Shown here one piece after another: positions 43,872-51,960 of a stretch of 61,470 bases of DNA. This DNA comes from an uncultured Saprospiraceae bacterium (GTDB lineage Bacteria; Bacteroidota; Bacteroidia; Chitinophagales; Saprospiraceae): the NCBI GenBank assembly GCA_964385665.1, contig CAYLPW010000001.1:1-61470 (forward strand), given 5' to 3'. Each line of letters opens with the position of its first letter. Within the stretch, counting starts at the first letter, position 1. The notes under the pieces are model-generated. The model was not told the origin of the DNA and ran no database searches. It saw only the letters and a list, made by a program, of their open reading frames with translations. The translations under genes were made by a program, and so were the position numbers.

Positions 43872-46679
43872 ATGTTTAAAACAACCAACTTACTCGTACT
43901 CCTACCCCTGTTGCTCTTTTCGAGTTTATTACAGGCACAACGTGTGTCTGTCTCTGGTACAGAATTCAGAGTCGGTAGCGACGAGATTTGGATTAGCGGT
44001 ACTAACACACCCTGGGACAATTGGAACGACTTTGGAGGAGACTTTGATGAAGACTTTTGGGAAGATGAGTTTCAGCGACTAGAGAACGAGAAGGTGAATG
44101 CTACGCGTGTTTGGTTAGCTTGTAATTCATTTGCGCCAGGTGTCAATATCAATTCCGACGGCTACATTTCAGGAGTGACGAATGCTTTTTGGCAAGATTT
44201 AGATTTTGTGGTTGCTCTAGCAGAGCAGCACAAGGTCTATCTAATGGTGGCACCATTATCTCATTTCCAATTTGACCTAGAGTCTGTAAACGAAGATACA
44301 GGAGAACTAAACAATGACGATAAGTACGTCAAAATGATCAAGAATTCGAGCAACCGTAATTCTTTCATTAACAATTACTTAGCTCCAATGGTGCAGCGAT
44401 ACAAGAACAAAGATTACTTCATGGCAATTGATGTAATCAACGAAGGTGAGTTTCTTTACGATAATCCTAGTCTTACGAAATATGGCGACCCTTCTCGCTC
44501 TCAAGTTCTTTCCTTAATTGCTAAATCGGCTAAATACGTTCATGAAAATAGTGACATCTTAGTCACATTAGGAACTGGGGCTGGACCTAAATATCAGTCA
44601 GATCCTGTACCTAATTTTAGCTATTTCACGAATGATTTTGCAGATAATGTACTGAAGACCTTCGCAGGAAATGACAGCGACGCAGTGGTGGATTTCTATA
44701 ATCTACACTGGTATTCGTGGATGGATAATGAGAATTGGCCTTCAGTATTTGATGAAGGCCCAAGCTATTATGGGTTAACTGATAAACCTACTATCATTGG
44801 AGAGTGTCGAGCTAAAGGTAACAGTGGAAAAAGCATTTTAAATAATTATCAACATGCATATAATGAGGGTTATGCAGGTATCATGCCTTGGACATCGAAT
44901 GGACCTGACAAAAATCCTGAGCAATTTGGAACGTTAAACGATCACAAAGTAGGTTCCAATTGGTTCTATGATAACTATCCTGATTTGGTCTATCCAGGTG
45001 GTAGCACAGGTGGTGGTGATAATGGTTCAGGTAGCAAACTAGAGGCGGAAGACGCACAGTATGGTAGTGGCGTTCAAATTCAATCAAACGGCAACAATCA
45101 TAGTGGTTCAGGCTATGCTAATTTTCCGTCTAATAATGGCTACGTTCAGTTTAACAACATCAGTAGTAGCGGCGGTAATCAAACACTCACTTACCGATAT
45201 GCACTAGGAAGTGGTAATCGAACTGGCAAGCTCATTGTTAATGGAAATCCTCAAAATTTGACTATGAATGGTACAGGTAGCTGGACGACTTATCAAAGTA
45301 CAACAGTTACCATCAACCTGAATAACAGTAGTAATAACACGATTCGGTTTGAGTCCTCAGGTTCAGACTTTGGTAATTTAGATTATATCGAAATCTCTGG
45401 TAGTAGCGGAGGCGATGATAACAATTGTAGCGTTAGTCTGTCTTCATCTAGTAAAAGCTTTTCTTCATCAAGCGGTAATCAGACCGTAACAGTAACTACT
45501 TCTGAAAGTTATAGCGTAAGCGATAATCGCAACTGGATAAGTGTAAGCAAAAGTGGAAGTACAGTTACTATTAACGTAGATCCTAACAGTGGTTCTAGCT
45601 CACGTAGTGGTACGGTGACTGTTTCGGGTTGTGAAAATAAAACGATTAGTGTGACCCAAAACGGCAGCGGTGGCGGTGGCAATACAGGTGGAAAACTAGA
45701 AGCAGAAGACGCACAATATGGTAGTGGTTCTCAAAAGCAAAGCGGTAACGGTGGTGGATACAGCGGTTCAGGCTACATCAATTTTCCTTCCAATAGTGGC
45801 TTTGTACAGTATAATAACGTTAGCAGCAGTGGTGGTAGCCAAACGCTGACTTATCGCTATGCATTAGGAAGTGGTAGTCGAACCGGCAAGCTTATCGTTA
45901 ATGGTAGCTCACAGAACCTAACCATGTCTGGTACAGGTGGATGGGGTACTTACCAGAGTGCGACAGTCAATATCACCTTAAATAATAATAGCAACAATAC
46001 GATCCGCTTTGAGTCTTCAGGTTCAGATTTTGGCAACTTAGACTATATTGAAATTTCTGGCAGTAGCGGAGGCGGTAATACTGGTGGTGGAGACAACGGT
46101 GGTGATAGTAATGGCAACTGTCCAGGTACGCTAAGTGGCTCTAACCGAGTCGAAATCTGCTCTCCTTCCGCCAACGCTAACATAGCAGGAGGGTCTAAAA
46201 TTGACTTAAAAGTGAAAGCAACGAGTGATATTGTAAAAGTAGAAGCTTGGTTTGTGACACCTACTAGCAATTGGGTATGGTTGGGCAACGACTCTAACGC
46301 ACCGTATGAGATCAAGGACAAAACGGTTCCATCCAACGCGACACACATCAAAGTAAGAGGGAAGAAGAGCAACAACTCGAACACTCCTGAAGTCCTAATA
46401 CCAATCAATGTAAGTGTAAACAACGTGGAGACTCGCTCTGAGGAAGAAGTGATTCCGTTGGCTATTTATCCAAATCCAACGAATGTCGACTACATTACCG
46501 TAGAGACGAACGTAGAGGAAGATATGCAGATCGAGCTATTCAATGTGCAGGGAAGCCGTGTGAAAGTGATTGCTGCGCCAAGTGGACAGGGTGATCAGCG
46601 CATCTTTATTGGTGAGTTGAGTAGCGGTATGTACTTAGTGCGAATGGGAACAGTGACCCAAAAATTGATTATTCAGTAA
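43872..46679 (+). CDS. Paralogous GH5-like hydrolase, then CBM6/35-like, BACON, CBM6/35-like, an Ig-like region and a T9SS sorting domain
   Basis: The catalytic half is co-linear with the previous gene (VNATRVWL, IDVINEGEF, LHWYSW, IIGECRAKG). There are two KLEAEDAQYGSG...GNLDYIEISG modules. The BACON-like segment is NWISVSKSGSTVTINVDPNSGSSSRSGTVTVSG. C-terminus is LAIYPNPTN...GMYLVRM. Confidence 0.75.
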   Translation: MFKTTNLLVLLPLLLFSSLLQAQRVSVSGTEFRVGSDEIWISGTNTPWDNWNDFGGDFDEDFWEDEFQRLENEKVNATRVWLACNSFAPGVNINSDGYISGVTNAFWQDLDFVVALAEQHKVYLMVAPLSHFQFDLESVNEDTGELNNDDKYVKMIKNSSNRNSFINNYLAPMVQRYKNKDYFMAIDVINEGEFLYDNPSLTKYGDPSRSQVLSLIAKSAKYVHENSDILVTLGTGAGPKYQSDPVPNFSYFTNDFADNVLKTFAGNDSDAVVDFYNLHWYSWMDNENWPSVFDEGPSYYGLTDKPTIIGECRAKGNSGKSILNNYQHAYNEGYAGIMPWTSNGPDKNPEQFGTLNDHKVGSNWFYDNYPDLVYPGGSTGGGDNGSGSKLEAEDAQYGSGVQIQSNGNNHSGSGYANFPSNNGYVQFNNISSSGGNQTLTYRYALGSGNRTGKLIVNGNPQNLTMNGTGSWTTYQSTTVTINLNNSSNNTIRFESSGSDFGNLDYIEISGSSGGDDNNCSVSLSSSSKSFSSSSGNQTVTVTTSESYSVSDNRNWISVSKSGSTVTINVDPNSGSSSRSGTVTVSGCENKTISVTQNGSGGGGNTGGKLEAEDAQYGSGSQKQSGNGGGYSGSGYINFPSNSGFVQYNNVSSSGGSQTLTYRYALGSGSRTGKLIVNGSSQNLTMSGTGGWGTYQSATVNITLNNNSNNTIRFESSGSDFGNLDYIEISGSSGGGNTGGGDNGGDSNGNCPGTLSGSNRVEICSPSANANIAGGSKIDLKVKATSDIVKVEAWFVTPTSNWVWLGNDSNAPYEIKDKTVPSNATHIKVRGKKSNNSNTPEVLIPINVSVNNVETRSEEEVIPLAIYPNPTNVDYITVETNVEEDMQIELFNVQGSRVKVIAAPSGQGDQRIFIGELSSGMYLVRMGTVTQKLIIQ
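45036..45400 (+). repeat. CBM6/35-like module, copy 1
   Basis: KLEAEDAQYGSGVQIQS...TLTYRYALGSGNRTGKLIVNG...NTIRFESSGSDFGNLDYIEISG. Confidence 0.7.
45693..46060 (+). repeat. CBM6/35-like module, copy 2 (about 657 bp after copy 1)
   Basis: KLEAEDAQYGSGSQKQS...TLTYRYALGSGSRTGKLIVNG...NTIRFESSGSDFGNLDYIEISG. Confidence 0.7.
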
Positions 46680-46705
46680 GGTTAGTTTAATTTATGTATT
46701 GACAA

Positions 46706-46749
46706 CTGCGATGAACAACTAAATCAGCTGTTCGTCGCAGTTTTATTTT
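46706..46749 (+). terminator. Rho-independent terminator after the GH5-CBM gene
   Basis: CTGCGATGAACA-(11 nt)-TGTTCGTCGCAG (12-bp stem with one G-U pair) followed by TTTTATTTT. Confidence 0.7.
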
Positions 46750-46834
46750 GGTTGAAAAAGGGTGAACTGTAACTTATTAGTATAAAATCATTATTATTTC
46801 ATCTGTCACAGATTTACTAATTCAACCATTCTTT

Positions 46835-47392
46835 ATGCCTATTCGTCCTATTCTCACTTTTACTACTTTCTATTGCTGCCTACTATTTGCTACACTACTA
46901 CCCGCTCAAAAACAATACGAAGCTGACTTTTCCAACATTATCGCTGACTGCCTCGGAGGTCAACAGGAAGTACCGGTAACAAACGGACGTGTTGATATTC
47001 TAACCGAAACGCTAGCGATTGAGGTAGAATGGGCGAGCAAATGGAAACAAGCTATTGGACAAGCGTTGTGGTATGCTCAACAAACCAATAGACAGCCAGT
47101 TATTATTCTTTTATTAAAAAACAAAGACGACTGGAAATATTCTGTTCAGCTACAAACCACACTGAATTATGCTGGATTAAGTGAGCGAGTTCAAGTACAG
47201 TTATATCCAAACGATTTTGAACACTGTACTCATCTAGCAGCAAGTATACCGAAAGTTAATCCCCCTTCTGACTACTGGTTGAATGCCAACTCTAACAAAC
47301 GCCACAATAGCAACTGTGCGTACTTCGAACGTACTAATGGAACATATTGCGACGCTAAAGATGGTATAGCTTGTAAACGGTGTGGCGGCTAA
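46835..47392 (+). CDS. Secreted hypothetical protein with a C-terminal Cys/His cluster
   Basis: Signal peptide (FYCCLLFATLLPAQ). Central GRVDILTETLAIEVEWASKWK has D...ExE..K spacing reminiscent of a PD-(D/E)XK core. The C-terminus is KRHNSNCAYFERTNGTYCDAKDGIACKRCGG. No family recognised with confidence. Confidence 0.5.
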   Translation: MPIRPILTFTTFYCCLLFATLLPAQKQYEADFSNIIADCLGGQQEVPVTNGRVDILTETLAIEVEWASKWKQAIGQALWYAQQTNRQPVIILLLKNKDDWKYSVQLQTTLNYAGLSERVQVQLYPNDFEHCTHLAASIPKVNPPSDYWLNANSNKRHNSNCAYFERTNGTYCDAKDGIACKRCGG

Positions 47393-47445
47393 AACTACTT
47401 CTACCGACCAGTAAACCTTCATCCATGTAAAGTAAAATATATTTT

Positions 47446-48960
47446 ATGCCTAAACACTATCTACTACTTATCGCTGCTTGCCTTTTCTACATCACTGCAT
47501 TTAGCAACACCTACAACATCCTAGACTTCGGTGCAAAACAAAACACTTTATCCACCACAGCCATTCAAGAAGCCATTGACGAATGCCACGCCAAAGGAGG
47601 CGGACAAGTACTCGTACCAGCTGGTACTTTCATTACAGGAACATTGGTCTTGAAAAGCTACGTGAACCTACATTTGATATCTGGCGCGACGCTGGAGGCG
47701 AGTTTAGATTTGAAGGACTATCAAAACATGGTACGCCAACATGGAATGATCGTCGCCGTCGATGCAACACAGGTCAGTATTACAGGTCTAGGCACGATTC
47801 AAGCCCGTGGAATTGACTTTTATGACCCTACTCAAAACCATACTTACCCTGAATACGACCGCTCCAAAACACGACAAGGTGAAGACTATCAACGTGAAGG
47901 TGTCTTCACCACAGATGGACCGATTAAGCGCAAACCGAAGCCTGGCATGGGCATCGAATTTTACAATTGTACGGGTGCAAAACTACTCGACTTTACTTTG
48001 AAAGACACCCCTTCCTGGTCAGTACGGATCGCCTACTGTGAAGATGTAGTGATTGATGGCATTAGCATTTTGAACAACTTATTAATTCCGAACAGCGACG
48101 GAGTTCACTGCACCACTTCTCGGAACGTTCGCATTAGCAATTACAACTTTGTGGGTGGCGACGATGCGCTAGTGGTCACAGGTTTCAATATCGAGCAAGA
48201 CGATCCGGGTTTTGCGACGGAAGAACAGAGCAGTCACACCTACGGGAACAAAACAATCTACTCCGAAAATATTACGGTGAGCAACTGTCATTTACAGTCG
48301 CGCTCTTCTGGTATTCGGGTAGGTTATGGGCAGCATCCGATTCGGAACTGCACCTTCGACAATATTCAAATTTACGAATCCAATAGAGGTATCGGCATCT
48401 TCGCCCACGATTCTGTGGACATTGAAAACTTATTTTTCTCCAATATTACCATCCAAACACGCCTACACAATGGGCAGTGGTGGGGCAATGCAGAACCGAT
48501 CCACCTCTCGGCTATTTCGCGTTTTGAAAAACTACCCGCTGGCAACATCAAAAATGTCTATTTTAACAATATCGTCGCCACTTCCGAGCATGGTATTTTA
48601 CTCTATGGAACGAAAGAAGGTCACTTAGAAAATATCCATTTGGATAACGTTCGCCTTCATATCAAAAACGGAAAAGAAACCCTTACGTACGGCGGCAACT
48701 TTGACCTGCGTCCGGCCTCCCCTATTGAGAAACAAATCTTTAAACACGACATTCCAGGCATCTACGCACAGCAAGTAAATGGTCTGAATATCGAAGATTT
48801 TAGATTAACTTGGGACGAGACTTTACCCGACTTTTTCACGCATGGCATTCAGTGTGAGCAGGTGACTGACTTATCGCTAAATCGAATTCATACCGATGTG
48901 GCTCCGAATTGTAAAGATTGTAGAGCGATACAGTTGAATGAGACGAGTGTAGTAGATTGA
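47446..48960 (+). CDS. GH28-like right-handed beta-helix glycoside hydrolase (polygalacturonase family)
   Basis: YNILDFGAKQN...AIQEAIDECHAKGGGQVLVPAGTFITGTLVLKSYVNLHL is a typical GH28 N-terminus. The catalytic region has NSDGVH and GGDDALV. Later motifs are divergent. Confidence 0.75.
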   Translation: MPKHYLLLIAACLFYITAFSNTYNILDFGAKQNTLSTTAIQEAIDECHAKGGGQVLVPAGTFITGTLVLKSYVNLHLISGATLEASLDLKDYQNMVRQHGMIVAVDATQVSITGLGTIQARGIDFYDPTQNHTYPEYDRSKTRQGEDYQREGVFTTDGPIKRKPKPGMGIEFYNCTGAKLLDFTLKDTPSWSVRIAYCEDVVIDGISILNNLLIPNSDGVHCTTSRNVRISNYNFVGGDDALVVTGFNIEQDDPGFATEEQSSHTYGNKTIYSENITVSNCHLQSRSSGIRVGYGQHPIRNCTFDNIQIYESNRGIGIFAHDSVDIENLFFSNITIQTRLHNGQWWGNAEPIHLSAISRFEKLPAGNIKNVYFNNIVATSEHGILLYGTKEGHLENIHLDNVRLHIKNGKETLTYGGNFDLRPASPIEKQIFKHDIPGIYAQQVNGLNIEDFRLTWDETLPDFFTHGIQCEQVTDLSLNRIHTDVAPNCKDCRAIQLNETSVVD

Positions 48961-49024
48961 AATTGAGGACAGACCTCTTTTTCTCATTATCTGCTTATCT
49001 TCGCTGATCGTTTAAGACTGACCA

Positions 49025-49834
49025 ATGAGTAAACTAAAATTAGGTGATAAAATAGTTCGTTTCACGGATGGTAAAGATTTCAAGGAGTTGTATTTCTCTT
49101 TGCCCGATCTGTGTAAAGGATTTGAAGGAGAAACGAAGCGATTAGTCAACAACTGGATGCGAACGAGAGGCACACTGAATTTCTTCGGTGCTTGGGAGCA
49201 GCAATTCAATCCAAATTTTAGGGTTATCGAATTCGATAACCTAATGCGCTATGCAGGAGACAATACTTTTTCCATGTCGGCAACCAAATGGATTGAGCAG
49301 ACCAATGGAAAGTGTGTCTACCTGAAAAAAGGAAGAGGCGGTGGAACGTATGGACATATTCTTATTGCTTTACATTTTGCCAACTGGTTGAGTGCCGACT
49401 TCTACTTGAAGTTCACCGAATCTTACTTTGATCTACTAGAAGATAAATACGGAGCAAAAGCTATCGACAAAGAAGTAAAAAGAACATTTGCTCGGCTCAA
49501 TTACCCACTACATACCGAAGCAGTCCATCTCTTTATCCCTTTGAAAGCGGACGAGGAAGTCGAACGTCGAACCTACGCCGATGAAGCGGATATGCTGAAT
49601 AAAATTATCTTTCACTATACAGCTAGAGCGTGGCGAGAGATGTTTCCAGATAAAAAAGGGAATCAACGAGACCACGCCACAGAAGAGCAGCTGCACGTCT
49701 TGGCAAATTTAGAAAACCTCAATGCTTTTTTAATTAAATATGGATTCGATCAAGAGGAGCGATTCTCTATCTTAAAAAATGAAGCGCATCATCAATTGGA
49801 GTTTTTTGCTAAGTATAAAAAATTGCAGCAGTAG
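49025..49834 (+). CDS. KilA-N domain protein (widespread Bacteroidota family)
   Basis: NNWMRTRGTLNFFGAWEQQFNPNF...KWIEQTN...GRGGGTYGH..IALHFANWLSADFYL...RLNYPLHTEAV...YADEADMLN...FPDKKGNQRDHAT matches the conserved Bacteroides KilA-N protein pattern along its length. Confidence 0.85.
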   Translation: MSKLKLGDKIVRFTDGKDFKELYFSLPDLCKGFEGETKRLVNNWMRTRGTLNFFGAWEQQFNPNFRVIEFDNLMRYAGDNTFSMSATKWIEQTNGKCVYLKKGRGGGTYGHILIALHFANWLSADFYLKFTESYFDLLEDKYGAKAIDKEVKRTFARLNYPLHTEAVHLFIPLKADEEVERRTYADEADMLNKIIFHYTARAWREMFPDKKGNQRDHATEEQLHVLANLENLNAFLIKYGFDQEERFSILKNEAHHQLEFFAKYKKLQQ

Positions 49835-50048
49835 TGTCTTAGCGAACATTGACTAATAGACTCATATCTTTACTAGAACAAAAAAAGAGAGATATTTAAT
49901 AAAAGATAGGGACAGTAAATCGGTAAATCGAAGTCAAGACATAGCACTACCTAACAAGGTAGATGCAGCTAACAAGGTACTATCTAAAAAACATAAAAAA
50001 GTAAATCCGTCCATCTATTCGTTTGTCTTTCACCTAACCACCCAAACA

Positions 50049-51524
50049 ATGAGAAACTACTACTTCCTCGCATTCGCTTTTCTATTCACTACCTGTACCG
50101 AAAAAGAAGCACTGGACACTCCAACGACCCCCAATTTCATCGTTTTCATCGCCGACGATGTCAGCTGGGACGACTTTGGTTGCTACGGAAACGCTGCTGT
50201 AAAAACGCCCAACATCGACGCACAAGCCGAAGCTGGTATTCGTTTTGACAATGCTTTTTTGACGGCTAGTTCGTGTAGTCCAAGCCGTGTCAGCATCCTC
50301 TCAGGACGCTACCCACATAACACTGGTGCTGCTGAATTACACATGCCACTGCCCGAAGGCGTACCGACTATTGGTGGACAATTGCAACAAGCCGGCTATT
50401 TCGTGGGCGCATCTGGCAAATGGCACATGGGCGAAGCAGCTAAAGCAGATTTTGATGTGGTTTTGGATCAAAATATTGGATGGGGTGGTGAAGATAGATG
50501 GTCGGAACTAGTCGATAGTATTCCGAGCAATCAGCCGTATTTTTTGTGGTTGGCAGCCATTGATGCGCATCGAGGATGGGCGGACAATGCATTTGACGGC
50601 AGTACGGAGTTAGATGCCATCGACATTCCGCCATATATGCGACAAGATAGCAGCACACGAGCCGACTTTGGGAAGTACTACGACGAAATCACGCGCTTCG
50701 ATCATTACATCGGTGAAGTGCTGGCACAATTAGAAGCGCAACAACAACTCGACAACACCATTGTCATCATCATGGCGGACAACGGTCGCCCCTTTCCCAG
50801 AGACAAAACCCGACTCTATGACAGCGGTATTCAAACGCCTTTTATCGTCAACTGGATAAGACAAGACGACAAACCGACTGGCACGACTTCGGATGCGCTC
50901 ATCAGCGTAGTCGATCTCGCACCTACATTATCCAATTTGGCGAATGCGAAGACACCAGACAGCTATCAAGGTCGCTCGTTTGCGCATTTATTGCAAGAAC
51001 CGAATAACGATCACCGCAGCTATGTCTTTGCTGAACACAATTGGCACGACTACGCCGCACATGGTCGTATGGTGCGTTCGAAAGACTATCTCTACATCGA
51101 AAACAACTTACCCAATCGTCAGATGTCCAGTGCTGCGGATGTGCATAGTGGCGATGCGTTTCAATCCTTAGTCGCTGCTTATCGCGCCGACTCACTGACG
51201 GCAGCACAACAAGACAACTTCATCATGCCACGCTCGACTATTGAATTTTACGACTGTCAGAATGATCCGATGCAGCTCAACAACTTAGCCGACGATCCCA
51301 GTTATCAGCCTCAACTTCAGCAACTGCAACAAGTCTTAGCCACTTGGCAGCAACAAACGGCAGACACTTTCCCTGATTCGTTGACGCAGGATCGTTATGA
51401 TTTTTTTACGGCACAAGGGACTGAACCCGATCGGCAGTTTTCGGATATTGATCGGGGGGATGTGGGTGCTTATGAGCTTGGGGCGAAGCAGGTTGGGGAG
51501 GTTTTGGCTGGGTTTGAGGAGTAA
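50049..51524 (+). CDS. Formylglycine-dependent sulfatase (S1 family)
   Basis: NFIVFIADDVSWDD and SCSPSRVSILSGRYPHNTG (the C-x-P-x-R formylglycine motif). Signal peptide or lipobox (FTTC) at the N-terminus. Confidence 0.92.
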   Translation: MRNYYFLAFAFLFTTCTEKEALDTPTTPNFIVFIADDVSWDDFGCYGNAAVKTPNIDAQAEAGIRFDNAFLTASSCSPSRVSILSGRYPHNTGAAELHMPLPEGVPTIGGQLQQAGYFVGASGKWHMGEAAKADFDVVLDQNIGWGGEDRWSELVDSIPSNQPYFLWLAAIDAHRGWADNAFDGSTELDAIDIPPYMRQDSSTRADFGKYYDEITRFDHYIGEVLAQLEAQQQLDNTIVIIMADNGRPFPRDKTRLYDSGIQTPFIVNWIRQDDKPTGTTSDALISVVDLAPTLSNLANAKTPDSYQGRSFAHLLQEPNNDHRSYVFAEHNWHDYAAHGRMVRSKDYLYIENNLPNRQMSSAADVHSGDAFQSLVAAYRADSLTAAQQDNFIMPRSTIEFYDCQNDPMQLNNLADDPSYQPQLQQLQQVLATWQQQTADTFPDSLTQDRYDFFTAQGTEPDRQFSDIDRGDVGAYELGAKQVGEVLAGFEE

Positions 51525-51540
51525 AAGTTTCTTGTACAAA

Positions 51541-51579
51541 AAAAGGCTTACCAAACATCAACAGTCTAGCAAGCCTTTT
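51541..51579. terminator. Possible bidirectional terminator between convergent genes
   Basis: AAAAGGCTT-(21 nt)-AAGCCTTTT, with an A-run before and a T-run after. The stem is weak and the loop is large. Confidence 0.35.
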
Positions 51580-51601
51580 CCTATAGTTCCATCGGCTACT
51601 A

Positions 51602-51960
51602 TCAATTCCCAAACGCCACTGGCTGCGCGGTCATCATACTCAAATGATTGCGGTGCTTGACCACGATGTAAGCACTCGTCAAATTCGGCACATCAAACTT
51701 TACGCCCCTTGCTCCGTCTAGATCTATGACATACCCATCTTTGTGCAATAGACACGCTCGGCTCGCTTCGACTATGCTCGGATCGTTAGCATTGCGTAGC
51801 TCGATAGTCACCCAATCTACTGCCCCTGTCGGCATCGAACTGACGCGCTCCCCTAGTTCGTATGGGTCTTCGTATTCGAGTATGCTGTTTAGGTCATTGC
51901 GCATCTCCGCGTTTTCTAATACGCCTTGTAGCGATAGATTCACTTCAATGTTGCGCCATG
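51602..51960 (-). other. C-terminal ~115-aa HRNHL domain (not a type-A or type-B T9SS sorting domain)
   Basis: VDWVTIELRNANDPSIVEASRACLLHKDGYVIDLDGARGVKFDV...AYIVVKHRNHLSMMTAQPVAF. I recall similar DWV.vELR...DG....G.......HRNHL termini on other large Bacteroidota surface proteins. Function unknown. Confidence 0.5.
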
